This document shows, one piece after another, positions 50,406 through 60,098 of a stretch of 64,000 nucleotides of DNA (within the stretch, counting starts at the first letter, position 1; each line of letters opens with the position of its first letter). A program made the position numbers and the translations under genes. The DNA lies in contig CAYMNU010000075.1 of assembly GCA_964391885.1 (NCBI GenBank), positions 338 through 64,337 of the forward strand. Direction: 5' to 3'. The stretch is from an uncultured archaeon. Its GTDB lineage: Archaea > Altiarchaeota > Altiarchaeia > JAFGQM01. A model generated the notes under the pieces. It saw only the letters and a program-made list of their open reading frames with translations. It searched no databases and was not told where the DNA came from.

Positions 50406-51854
50406 GTGGAGAAACTGCTTCTTGTTACCGGAAGACTCGCCGAGAACGAGGTGCGCGCAGCGGCAAAGAGGATAGGGGCAGACTTTCTTGTACTCCCTGT
50501 CAGCGTAGCCCAGTTTATGAGCACAAGGCTTGCAGCAGGAGAAATTAAGCGCCTTAAAATCAATTATGATAAAATAATACTTCCCGGCCTTGTGCGCTTT
50601 GACGCCTCCGAGCTTGAAAAAGAAATAGGCATCCCCTGCTTCAAAGGCCCGAAACAGCTGTCGGACCTCCCCGGGTTGTTTAACAAAGGCACTCTATTCT
50701 CTGGGAATAACCAACCAGACAAAGACGGCAAGGCAGAGCTTGCTCGCTCTTTATCGGCGGCGGAGAAGAAAAAAGCTGTTTTCAGCATAGGCAAGCTTAA
50801 GATAGGTCCCGCTCATCCCCCGCGCATAATCGCTGAGATAGTCGATGCCCCTCCATTGAGCGACAAGGCTGTTCTGGAGAGGACAGAGTATTACCTAAAG
50901 AGCGGGGCAGACATTATCGATGTCGGCGCCATAGCAGGTGAAGACAATTCCCAAAGGCTTGCTGAGATAGTACACATGCTCAAAAAGAGCGTGGATGCGC
51001 CCATATCCATCGATTCATTAAACCCTGCGGAAATCAATGCATGCATCGATGCCGGGGTGGATCTTGTCCTTAGCCTCTGCGCCAGTAACCTTTCCGCTGT
51101 CAAAAATTCGGACGACACAACCTATGTTTTTATACCCGACGAGGAAAGCGCGTTGGATGGAATTATTGAAAAGGCACAGGCCATGGGATTCAAAAAATTA
51201 ATTGCAGACCCCATATTACATCCTCCATTCAGAATCGCGGAATCGCTCTGTGATTATACTTTATTTAGGAAATCCGGCGACCTGCCCCTGCTCATGGGCG
51301 CAAGCAATGTGGTGGAGCTAATGGACATGGATTCCATAGGCATAAACGGCCTGCTTGCTGCCCTTGCCACTGAGCTCGCTGTCTCCCTAGTCCTCATAAC
51401 AGAAAACAGCGAGAAGACGAGGGGCTCGGTAAGAGAAATGCGCAGGGCTCTTGACATGTGCTTCCTGGCCAAAGAGAAGGGTGCACTGCCCAAGGACTTG
51501 GCAATAAACCTGCTCCTTGCAAAGGCGAAAAACAAGGGAGACCCCTTTGAGCTTCCGGATATTGAGGTCATATCCGCCGAGCCGAAAGGCGATTTCATCC
51601 CAGACCCTGAGGGCCACTTTAGGATATCTGTAGATTTCGATAAGAATATGATAGTAGCGGTGCACTACAAGGGCAAGTGCAGGCATCTCATCCAGGGCGA
51701 AAGCGCGGAATCCGTCTCAAAATCGATAATCGAGAAAGGTATTATCTCGCGCATGGACCATGCTGCATATTTAGGGCGGGAGCTGCAGAAGGCAGAAGAG
51801 TGCTTAAGGCTGAAGAAGGGATATTTTCAAGACGAATGCTTCAAGGGCTTGTGA
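50406..51854 (+). CDS. Archaeal dihydropteroate synthase-like protein (MJ0107/MptH type) with C-terminal DUF4346-like domain
   Basis: LLVTG.LA, IAEIVDA, GADIIDVG, SIDS, NV.EL.D.DS.G.N, DP.G.F, HAAYLG.EL; GTG start 50406. Confidence 0.88.
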   Translation: MEKLLLVTGRLAENEVRAAAKRIGADFLVLPVSVAQFMSTRLAAGEIKRLKINYDKIILPGLVRFDASELEKEIGIPCFKGPKQLSDLPGLFNKGTLFSGNNQPDKDGKAELARSLSAAEKKKAVFSIGKLKIGPAHPPRIIAEIVDAPPLSDKAVLERTEYYLKSGADIIDVGAIAGEDNSQRLAEIVHMLKKSVDAPISIDSLNPAEINACIDAGVDLVLSLCASNLSAVKNSDDTTYVFIPDEESALDGIIEKAQAMGFKKLIADPILHPPFRIAESLCDYTLFRKSGDLPLLMGASNVVELMDMDSIGINGLLAALATELAVSLVLITENSEKTRGSVREMRRALDMCFLAKEKGALPKDLAINLLLAKAKNKGDPFELPDIEVISAEPKGDFIPDPEGHFRISVDFDKNMIVAVHYKGKCRHLIQGESAESVSKSIIEKGIISRMDHAAYLGRELQKAEECLRLKKGYFQDECFKGL

Positions 51855-52123
51855 ACCAAGGACTTTTCGATTATCATTATCGCCAAGAAAATCGACAGTA
51901 TCAAAATGAGCATCGCACTGGCGTTTGTTTCTTGCACGCTCAGCACGCCCATATTACCAAGTCCTAAGATGAGGATTAAAGCCGTGGCGACTGATATTAT
52001 ATATAAAAGCTCAAGAAGCTTCTTGTGCCCGTGGGGCATCTCAAAATGGAGCGGGTCGGGAATGCTGCTAAACAGTTCCTTAATCGCATGGTTGAAATTC
52101 CCTTCAGATTTTTTCTCCATCAT
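51827..52123 (-). CDS. Small 2-TM membrane protein
   Basis: Two hydrophobic helices; overlaps both neighbours slightly. Confidence 0.55.
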   Translation of the reverse strand: MMEKKSEGNFNHAIKELFSSIPDPLHFEMPHGHKKLLELLYIISVATALILILGLGNMGVLSVQETNASAMLILILSIFLAIMIIEKSLVHKPLKHSS

Positions 52124-52979
52124 TCTCGCGTAATTTCGCAAACTCTGCCATCAATTTCCTTGTCATATCGCCCGGCTTGCCGCTGCCTAAGGTATTATCA
52201 TCCACTCGTATTATCGGTATTATCTCGGCTGCAGTTCCGGTCATGAAAGCCTCGTCCGCGCTCAGGACATCTTCCAGCTCCAGGTCGGCTTCCTCTGACT
52301 TGATGTCCAGTTCTTTGGCCATGTCCAAAACCGCGCCGCGCGTTATTCCCACAAGCGCGCCGTAGCCGACCTTCGGTGTCAAAAGCTTGCCGTTTTTTAC
52401 TATGAATATGTTGTCGCCAGACCCCTCGCAGACTTTCCCCCTCGAGTCCATCATCAGGGCCTCATCGTATCCTGCATCTATCGCTTCGACGTTGGCCAGG
52501 ATGTTATTGACATAGTTGAGTGTCTTGGCCCTAGTGTCCAGCGCCTCGGGAGCTATCCTGACTGTTTTGACAGTCTTGACTTTTATTCCCTTCTCATACA
52601 AGTCGCCGTAGAGTGGCGCGAAGTTCTGGGATATGCATATTACCGTTGGCATCGGACACTTCCTTGGGTTCAATCCGAGGTCCCCGTAGCCTCGTGTAAC
52701 TATTAGTCTAGTGTATGCGTCTGTAAGACTATTCTTCCTCAGGCTTTCGACGACTATCTCCGACATCTCTTCAGGGGATGCGGGTATATTCAGGCCAATG
52801 ATCCTGGCGCTTTCGTAAAGGCGGTCTATATGCTCTTTAAGCCTGAACACATTGCCGCTGTAACAGCGTATCCCCTCAAAGACCCCGTCCCCATAGAGTA
52901 AACCATGGTCGTAAACTGAAATCTTCGCATCACCCTTTGGATACCATTTGCCGTCTATGTAAATGAGTGGTTCTGCCAT
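52104..52979 (-). CDS. ilvE: Branched-chain amino acid aminotransferase
   Basis: DHGLLYGDGVFEGIR, AK.LNY, EG.G.NIF, L.GITR, GTAAE. Confidence 0.95.
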   Translation of the reverse strand: MAEPLIYIDGKWYPKGDAKISVYDHGLLYGDGVFEGIRCYSGNVFRLKEHIDRLYESARIIGLNIPASPEEMSEIVVESLRKNSLTDAYTRLIVTRGYGDLGLNPRKCPMPTVICISQNFAPLYGDLYEKGIKVKTVKTVRIAPEALDTRAKTLNYVNNILANVEAIDAGYDEALMMDSRGKVCEGSGDNIFIVKNGKLLTPKVGYGALVGITRGAVLDMAKELDIKSEEADLELEDVLSADEAFMTGTAAEIIPIIRVDDNTLGSGKPGDMTRKLMAEFAKLRENDGEKI

Positions 52980-53027
52980 TGCGGTATATTTCGGATTCGG
53001 GTTAGAAAAATAAAAGAGAGTATTGGC

Positions 53028-55985
53028 CTATCCCTTAATACACACCATCGGCTTCAGGAGCGCGACCTTCTTGGCGATGCCCGAATAATGCATGACATCC
53101 ACGACCTCGTTTACGTCCTTGTAGGCCCCGGGAGCCTCTTCTGCCACGCCTGCGATGCTGTGGCCTTTCACTACTATGCCCTTCTTAGCAAGCTCATCCA
53201 CAAGCTGCCCGCCCTGCCACTTACCCTTGGCCTGCTGGCGCGACATGTTCCTCCCCGCCCCGTGGCAGGAGCTCCCAAAGGTCTCATCCATTCCTTCTTG
53301 GGTGCCGTGAAGTATGTAAGAGCAGGTCCCCATGGTTCCACCGATGAGCACCGGCTGGCCCACTTCCCTATACGCTTTCGGGACCTCTTCCCTCCCAGGC
53401 CCGAAGGCGCGCGTGGCCCCTTTTCGCATGACGAGCAGCTGTTTTTCCCTGCCGTCATCCATGTGCTTTTCCAGTTTCGCAGTATTGTGGCCTACGTCAT
53501 AAAGCATCTTCAGGCTTTCTTCGGGGACGCCCATAGCCTTGTTGAACGCTCTTCGCGTGAGATGGGCAATCGCCTGGCGGTTCGCGAAAGCCGCATTGAT
53601 TCCGCAGTTGACTGCTGAAAAGTATTTTTTGCCTTCCTCGCTTCCTATAGGCGCGCAGACCAGCTCCTTTTCCCTTATCGGTATTTTGTACTTTTTGCTT
53701 GCCGCATCGAGTGTCTTCAGGTAGTCGGTCCCTATCTGGTGCCCTAGTGCGCGGGAGCCGCAATGTATTGAGACGAGAACCTGGCCTTCACTTAGGCCGT
53801 AAGCACTTGCAGCCGCACCGTCAAAGATTTTTTCGACATATTGCACTTCTAAATAATGGTTCCCGCTGCCCAGGGTCCCCACCTGCTTGAACTGCCTCTG
53901 CTTGGCTTGGCGGGAAACGTTTTCCGGAACTGCGCCGTTTACTTTTCCTCTTTCTTCTGTGAACTCCAGGTCTTCTTTGTAACCGTAGCCGTGCTCTATA
54001 GTATACTCTGCACCATTCACAAGGACTTCGTCTATTTCATCCACCGAAAGCCTGATGTCGCCCGTGGAGCCGAGACCCGCCGGGACTGTGTCGAATAGCG
54101 CGTCTGCGAGCTCTTTTTTCTTCTTTTCGATTTCTTCGCGCATGAGGCCTGTCTTGAGAGTCCTGACGCCGCAGTTTATATCATAGCCTACTCCCGCCAC
54201 GCTTATGACGCCCTCGTTTAAATCGAATGCCCCTACACCACCTATGCAGTTGGAAACAACGAAATTATTTGCTATAAAATTATGGTCTTTATGAAGTACT
54301 GTGAAATCATAAACATCACCATCATATGGGACCTCTTTTAATTCCGTTATTTCATCCCAGACTACTCCGCCCCTCCCCAAACCTTTTGTACACCTTTTCA
54401 TATGCTCTGAGAAACGCGGGAATGAAGGCGATACGTTTGGCATTACTGCCTTCTTTTTCTTGAGTTTGAAACATACGCTTGAAATGAATCGTTCAGTCAT
54501 TACGTCATTTGAGAGCCTTTCCCCTATTTTTCTATAACTCAATCCGCGTTTGAGCAATGCGGGTATTAAGACTTTAACAGCATAACTCTTTTCTTCCAGA
54601 ATTCTTTGCTTGTATTTCAGATACTGTATGGAAACATTAGCTTCAAAACTCCTTTTGCTATTGTACTCAAATCCGATTTTGGACCACAAATTAATCAGGC
54701 TTTCAATCTTTGATGAAAAAACCAGCTCCAGATGCCACGAAATCTCACCCTTTGTATTAACATGCTTTCTTCTTTTGGTTATATCGCTTCTTGTCTCAAC
54801 CCCAAATTCCTTAAGCATTTTTGATAGGTCTTTTAGGAACTTCTTGCCGTTTTGAATCAAATCCCCGGATTTGTTCATCGGAAAAACAGGACAATTGAAC
54901 ATAGTCTCTTTCCCCTTCCTCGGGTGAGGCCTTCTCAGCTCAGCTCCAAAAAGACTTGCAAGGAAAAGCCTTTTTTGCCACAGCGGCGCCTTCATGATCC
55001 ATCCAGGGACATCATAGACCTGGAAAACTTTCCTCCCCATAGGCTGCCCCAATGTTTTCAGAAGAACCATCAAGCTCGTGGCATTGACAACGAACTCTGA
55101 ACTGTCGCTCTTTCTTTTGTGTAATGGGGACGGAACGTACCCAATCGCTTTTATATCCTGCCTTATTTTTTCCAAATCCTCGCCTTTTCCAGAAAACTGG
55201 ATAACACCATCCCCCCTCTTCCCGATAAAATTCATTGTCCCATCTCCGAACACAAACCCCATGATTTTTATTATGTATGGAAGTTTTGGATGGTCGTATG
55301 ATAATTTCAGAAGCCCCCTTTTCTTCAATGCATGAAGATTCTGGTCAAATCCTACCTCGCCGGGAACTCTCCCCAATTTCAGTAGTGTTTTTTTGATATC
55401 CTTTTCAGAAACTATGACTGTTTTAAGCGGTTTCTCATAAGGCACACCCTCAAAGGGAAGGACGGCCACTTCCTTCCCAATACAGAGTTTTTCCATATCG
55501 ACCATCCCGTTTTTTGTAAAAAACGGGTGGTCCGCAGTTGCCATTATCCCCTTCCCGCTCTTAGTCATAAGCCTGAATACCTTGTTCCCGGCTTTAATCT
55601 TGAGAAATTTGCTGATTTTCGTTTCGGTTACTTCGATTGCCGTCTTGTCCAAAGTCTTTAGCTTCTCCCCTTTCCATACATTTTTATAATCTTTTATCGG
55701 GAGGAAATATCCAAAACCGGAAAGTACCTCTGTATCGGGATGACAGCAAAACCCATATCCCGGGTGGACGTCGCTCATAGCCAGCGAGGCTTTTTGTATG
55801 CCAGGCAAACAAGCGACATTTTCTATTTGTTTTAGCGCGTTCCACTCCTTGCCTGCAGCTACATCGTCCGTCAGGTGTTTGATGATTTTCTCGTCGCCGT
55901 AGATTCGCCCCGGGACCAGCATATCGCCTTTTTTGGGAATCTCCCAGCGGTATTTGTCCAGTTTCCTAATCTTGATACCCATCAC
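53028..55985 (-). CDS. rtcB: RNA-splicing ligase RtcB containing an intein
   Basis: DVHPGYGF..IGGV, GYDINCGVR, GTLGSGNHYLE, HCGSR..GH, HN, HGAGR, EEAP.AYK, KG end. Confidence 0.97.
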   Translation of the reverse strand: MMGIKIRKLDKYRWEIPKKGDMLVPGRIYGDEKIIKHLTDDVAAGKEWNALKQIENVACLPGIQKASLAMSDVHPGYGFCCHPDTEVLSGFGYFLPIKDYKNVWKGEKLKTLDKTAIEVTETKISKFLKIKAGNKVFRLMTKSGKGIMATADHPFFTKNGMVDMEKLCIGKEVAVLPFEGVPYEKPLKTVIVSEKDIKKTLLKLGRVPGEVGFDQNLHALKKRGLLKLSYDHPKLPYIIKIMGFVFGDGTMNFIGKRGDGVIQFSGKGEDLEKIRQDIKAIGYVPSPLHKRKSDSSEFVVNATSLMVLLKTLGQPMGRKVFQVYDVPGWIMKAPLWQKRLFLASLFGAELRRPHPRKGKETMFNCPVFPMNKSGDLIQNGKKFLKDLSKMLKEFGVETRSDITKRRKHVNTKGEISWHLELVFSSKIESLINLWSKIGFEYNSKRSFEANVSIQYLKYKQRILEEKSYAVKVLIPALLKRGLSYRKIGERLSNDVMTERFISSVCFKLKKKKAVMPNVSPSFPRFSEHMKRCTKGLGRGGVVWDEITELKEVPYDGDVYDFTVLHKDHNFIANNFVVSNCIGGVGAFDLNEGVISVAGVGYDINCGVRTLKTGLMREEIEKKKKELADALFDTVPAGLGSTGDIRLSVDEIDEVLVNGAEYTIEHGYGYKEDLEFTEERGKVNGAVPENVSRQAKQRQFKQVGTLGSGNHYLEVQYVEKIFDGAAASAYGLSEGQVLVSIHCGSRALGHQIGTDYLKTLDAASKKYKIPIREKELVCAPIGSEEGKKYFSAVNCGINAAFANRQAIAHLTRRAFNKAMGVPEESLKMLYDVGHNTAKLEKHMDDGREKQLLVMRKGATRAFGPGREEVPKAYREVGQPVLIGGTMGTCSYILHGTQEGMDETFGSSCHGAGRNMSRQQAKGKWQGGQLVDELAKKGIVVKGHSIAGVAEEAPGAYKDVNEVVDVMHYSGIAKKVALLKPMVCIKG
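54249..55748 (-). mobile_element. 500-aa intein with LAGLIDADG homing endonuclease
   Basis: Begins CCHPDTEV, T.DHPF block B, MGFVFGDG and LASLFGAE endonuclease motifs, VYDFTV..HNFIAN..VSN|C; AT-richer than the exteins. Confidence 0.93.
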
Positions 55986-56623
55986 TTCACCTTCGTGTAA
56001 ACCAAAAGCCTAAGCCCCTCATGCCAGGGGGTGCTCTCCAATGGCTCATGCTCTTTAAGCACTTTCAAAAGCTTTCTATCCGGTAACCTGTGCTCAGTCT
56101 TTACAAGCCTAAACTCCCCCCCACCAAGGTTCTCTGGAACCTGACCTATTTTTGGATGGGGTGCCAAGACTACGAATTTGCCTCCCCTTGAAAGGAGTTT
56201 AGCGGCTGCATTTGTGCTCATATTCACATCCTTTATTGTCGGCATCAAGCTGTAGTAATGGGTGAACCTCCCATGTAGCATTTCCGGTCTCAATGCATCC
56301 GGCACGCCTCCCCCATAATCCATATGCGCGCCATCTACCCCATGCTTCCGTGCTTCATTTATGACTTCTTGATTGCTGTCGACTCCTAAATAGCTCCCAA
56401 AAGGCTTCCTTCCCTGGCGCTCCCTGGCCCGTCTGTAAAGCATACCCGCCCCACAGCCTTCATCGAACACATGAGAATTCGAATCAGCTCCGGAAGCCTC
56501 CAATACCCAGTCATATATTTGTGCCATATGCCTCGACGGGGCGACCTCTCTTGCAAAGTGGACAGGACCTTTGGGTCTCTTTCTTACAGTACTTTTAATC
56601 CTCCGCAGGAATCTCCCGACCAT
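55982..56623 (-). CDS. Divergent class I SAM-dependent methyltransferase-like protein with basic N-terminus
   Basis: VFDEGCGAG, YLGVDSN, LLSRGGKFV; start ATG 56623. Confidence 0.7.
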   Translation of the reverse strand: MVGRFLRRIKSTVRKRPKGPVHFAREVAPSRHMAQIYDWVLEASGADSNSHVFDEGCGAGMLYRRARERQGRKPFGSYLGVDSNQEVINEARKHGVDGAHMDYGGGVPDALRPEMLHGRFTHYYSLMPTIKDVNMSTNAAAKLLSRGGKFVVLAPHPKIGQVPENLGGGEFRLVKTEHRLPDRKLLKVLKEHEPLESTPWHEGLRLLVYTKVK

Positions 56624-56625
56624 TT

Positions 56626-57042
56626 TTATATGTCCAGCACGCACTGAATGTGATGCTCTCCAAACACTTGCTTGTACTTCAAGCCCGAGTAAGTGGCAGC
56701 CTTGACCTCGGTCTTGAAGTTCTGCTCGGGCTTCATTTCATCACCATAAGCCTCACCCTTTAATGTGAAAGTCTCACCCTCACTGATATTGACTTTGAAC
56801 TTGGAAAAGACCATGCCCTTAATGTCCTTCTGTGCGAGCAGAGAATTCAGCCACTCGATGAAAAGAGTATCTAAAGCATCGGCCCCGACATTGACTTCAA
56901 CCTTCTTCCTCGGCTCGACCTTCTCGACATCCACCATAACCCCGAATATGGCTTTCGCTCCCTCTTCAAAGGCCTGCTCGCGAGTATTGCCCATGGCTAA
57001 TATACCTATATCGGCTTCGTGATCGAGATATTGATATGACAT
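56626..57042 (-). CDS. Archease
   Basis: Y.YLDHEADIG, EVKAATY, ends LDI; near rtcB. Confidence 0.95.
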   Translation of the reverse strand: MSYQYLDHEADIGILAMGNTREQAFEEGAKAIFGVMVDVEKVEPRKKVEVNVGADALDTLFIEWLNSLLAQKDIKGMVFSKFKVNISEGETFTLKGEAYGDEMKPEQNFKTEVKAATYSGLKYKQVFGEHHIQCVLDI

Positions 57043-57080
57043 GAGAGAATTAGAACATTTGAAGTTAAAATCTCAAAAGC

Positions 57081-58538
57081 CTAAACATATCCTGTCGCCT
57101 TCCTCTCTTCAGAAAGCAGATGGCTGCTTGAATGGTCTTTCGACTTACCTTTCCAGACGCTTCCGTAGCGGTCGACAAGCTGCTGCTCAACGCTTCTGCT
57201 GTTTTTCACAGCTTCCCTGACGTGCTTTGCTTCTATGAGCGCTGCGCCCTCTACATGGCAAAGGTCTCCGGCAAGCCTGATGACCCCTCCCAAGTCCCTT
57301 AGCCTTAGCGTAAGCGAATCCTTGGCACCATCGATTTCCAAGGCCCTCTTCTCGGCCTCTTTTATTATCTCCTCGACCGCAGCCTTAGTCCCATGCGCTA
57401 TCTTCTGGTCTATGAGGACCTCCTGCGAGAAAAACTGGGCGATACGCTCTACATTGTTTCTGTTCTTTGGCATATGTGTCTCTAAGAGCAGCTCGTAGCC
57501 GGAACCGACAATCCTAGACCTCAGCGGCGGCAGTATGCCTTCTATCTCATTAATGTTGCAGGCGCCTACGAATATGAAGTCGCAGGGGACTCGATTGACC
57601 TTAACGGCGGCGCCAGAAGAACTTGCGTTCATGCCGCTGATTGGAAAATGCTTCTCCTGCATGGCTGTCAGTATGTGATGCTGCAGCCGCTCTAACTGTG
57701 GTAGCTCATCTACGAATAACACGCCTTCATGCGCTTCGTGGATGGCCCCCGGTACTACTCTTTGGTATGGCTGGAGCCCTCCGGCTTCCTGCATGCCTCC
57801 CCAGGGGTCGTGCTTCACATCACCCAAAAGCTCAGTCTCTGAAGCCCCGGTTGCCTGGACAAAAGTATTTCTCTTCAGAGGCACGAGAACGCGGGTTCTC
57901 TTAAGCTTCTCCAGCTCATTGAGGTGCTTGAAGGCATCATTGTCTATTATCTTGACCTTTCCGTCTATGTTTTGGTAGACGAGGATTTCCTCCTTGCCTT
58001 TTTTATCGGTTCTGCTTACCTGTACTTCCTCTTCAGGATACTCGTACATCTCTACGTTGAACACCTGCGAAAGAAGATCGGAGAATGGTGAGCTTCTGAC
58101 TTTGCTGTCGTACTTCCAGTCCCCGCAATGCGGGCAGGAATCTTCTTCGCTGCTACTAGTCTTTTTACACTTCGAGCACCTGAAGCCCAGCCTCTCAGCT
58201 ATGTCAGGCGGTATCTCATCAGGCTCAACAATCTTCCCTTCTGCCTTCTTTTCCAGGCTTTTGTGCCTCTTCAGCTCCTCGGCACCCCTGGTAAGGACGA
58301 AAGGCCTTTCTGGCGTCTGGGGATTATGCGCGATGACGATTTCCTGGTTTGGCTTGGGTATGTGATATGCAAGAGACTTCGCGAGCATGCTTTTTCCAAC
58401 GCCAGGGGGCCCGACCAGCAGCATGTGCCGCTTCTGGCGGGCTGCTATCTTGGCTATGCTTATCGCCTTTTCCTGGCCTATTATCATGTCCAGAGGGTCC
58501 CGCGGAAGGGGAATCTGGGAAGTGTCGTCGAAGTCCAT
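57081..58538 (-). CDS. LonB-type AAA+ ATPase lacking the protease domain, with a Zn-ribbon insert
   Basis: IIGQE.A, GPPGVGKS, C..C...CPHC, LLGDVKHDP, GAIHEAHEGVLFVDE, LRLRDLGG; no GDSA Ser-Lys protease domain; start ATG 58538. Confidence 0.85.
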   Translation of the reverse strand: MDFDDTSQIPLPRDPLDMIIGQEKAISIAKIAARQKRHMLLVGPPGVGKSMLAKSLAYHIPKPNQEIVIAHNPQTPERPFVLTRGAEELKRHKSLEKKAEGKIVEPDEIPPDIAERLGFRCSKCKKTSSSEEDSCPHCGDWKYDSKVRSSPFSDLLSQVFNVEMYEYPEEEVQVSRTDKKGKEEILVYQNIDGKVKIIDNDAFKHLNELEKLKRTRVLVPLKRNTFVQATGASETELLGDVKHDPWGGMQEAGGLQPYQRVVPGAIHEAHEGVLFVDELPQLERLQHHILTAMQEKHFPISGMNASSSGAAVKVNRVPCDFIFVGACNINEIEGILPPLRSRIVGSGYELLLETHMPKNRNNVERIAQFFSQEVLIDQKIAHGTKAAVEEIIKEAEKRALEIDGAKDSLTLRLRDLGGVIRLAGDLCHVEGAALIEAKHVREAVKNSRSVEQQLVDRYGSVWKGKSKDHSSSHLLSEERKATGYV

Positions 58539-58631
58539 CCCTAAATACTTAGAAGGAAGATTACTATAAAGGCAAACTAAAACGGCACTAGGACGCATTT
58601 TTATAAGACTATCCCTTAAAATAATTATAAG

Positions 58632-60098
58632 ATGTACCCGCAAGACCCGAACCAGAACCAACAACCGCAGCAATACCAGCAGCCACCGCAGCCTGCGCAG
58701 CCTTATTATCCTCCCCAACCCCCTCAAAACCCTCCCCAGGCTCCTCCCCAATATCCTCAAGCGCCACCGCATTATCCTCCTCAGTATCCACAGGCCCCAA
58801 AAAAGAGCTATACCAGCTTGATAATAGGAATAGCCGCTGTCGCAATCATAGCAGTTCTACTGCTATTACTTCTCCCCCCAATGCTTCAGGGCGCTACCGA
58901 AGCCCCGCAGCTTGAAACAGGCTGCGAGAAAGGTGTTTATGACGAAGCCTCAGGCAAGTGCCTTTACGAGCCCGAAGTTGACATCGCCTGCGCAGACGGC
59001 AGCTATAACAGGGTTACCGGCAAATGCGAGGTCGAGCCGAACACAGACATAGTATGCCTGCGCGGGACTTATGACTCAAGCATAAAAAACTGCATCTATT
59101 ACCCGCAGGTGGAAAACGTCTGCGAGGAAGGCGTCTATAACTCTATTCAGGGTTTCTGCGAGCTGGCTGCGGAACTAGTGCCCTCGTGCGAAAAAGGCTC
59201 ATACGATTCATCCAAGGACAAATGCGTATATACTCCCGAGACCTCTGCTCTGTGCAGCGTAGGTAGCTACGATGCTGGCAAAGACAAGTGCGTGACCAAT
59301 CCGCAGAAGATTTATGTCTGCGATACGGGAGTGCTCGCTTATGAGGGTGGTGTGGCAGTCTGCAAGACTGCTGCCCCCGAGAGCCCGAGCCCATCTACTC
59401 CCGGAACTGACCCCGGAGAGTCCGAGCCGGCACCGGTTGATGATGATCCGCCCGAACCAGATGAAGGCAGAGAGCCCTGGACCTTAGAAACCGAGGACTT
59501 CACGCTTGGGATACAGAGGATAACCCTGAACGACGATAAGGATAACGTAGACGAGGTCGAGCTGCTTTTTGAGAAGAGCAGCAGCCCGGAAATGCACATA
59601 GCCCTCGAAATCTGGAGGGGTGAGACCAAATACTCATCATACGTCCTTGCTGCGGGTAACTACCCCCCTGTGTATATAAGAATCGGCCGCGAGCACGAGA
59701 CTACGTCCCTGGCATCCAACTACTTTAAACTATCTACTCCCGTTGAAGACAACAACTGCATGGACCAGTTAACCGGATGTTCCGTATATAAGGTTAAAAG
59801 TATACTCGATGTCATGATTCCCGGTGGAAAATACGGCCACACTGGCGTTGCCTGCAAAAACTATAATCGCGATAATTTTTTGATAAAAAATAACAACAAG
59901 TATTGTGGTCCTGTGGCACTGGAACAAATAGATTATATATCCAATGACTGTGCCTCCCTCTGGAGGCCCTGTAGCATCCCCCCCGGGGATTATGAGCTAA
60001 GAGTAAGGCTATATGAATATGTCAAGAGCGAGCATAATGTCCTCGGAGTCGTCAGGAAGGTGTTCCAGCTCGGCCCTGACGCCCCAAAGATACAATGA
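58632..60098 (+). CDS. Pro/Gln-rich, single-TM surface protein with tandem ~19-aa Cys repeats
   Basis: YPPQ tract, TM, about 7 copies of C..G.Y.....KC...P. Confidence 0.8.
   Translation: MYPQDPNQNQQPQQYQQPPQPAQPYYPPQPPQNPPQAPPQYPQAPPHYPPQYPQAPKKSYTSLIIGIAAVAIIAVLLLLLLPPMLQGATEAPQLETGCEKGVYDEASGKCLYEPEVDIACADGSYNRVTGKCEVEPNTDIVCLRGTYDSSIKNCIYYPQVENVCEEGVYNSIQGFCELAAELVPSCEKGSYDSSKDKCVYTPETSALCSVGSYDAGKDKCVTNPQKIYVCDTGVLAYEGGVAVCKTAAPESPSPSTPGTDPGESEPAPVDDDPPEPDEGREPWTLETEDFTLGIQRITLNDDKDNVDEVELLFEKSSSPEMHIALEIWRGETKYSSYVLAAGNYPPVYIRIGREHETTSLASNYFKLSTPVEDNNCMDQLTGCSVYKVKSILDVMIPGGKYGHTGVACKNYNRDNFLIKNNNKYCGPVALEQIDYISNDCASLWRPCSIPPGDYELRVRLYEYVKSEHNVLGVVRKVFQLGPDAPKIQ

Noticed and set aside
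58539..58772. N-terminal extension of the Lon-like ORF (likewise dph5, dfx, apt, metF and hydA extensions in the ORF track)
   Set aside because: Most overlap neighbouring genes; family homology begins at downstream ATGs
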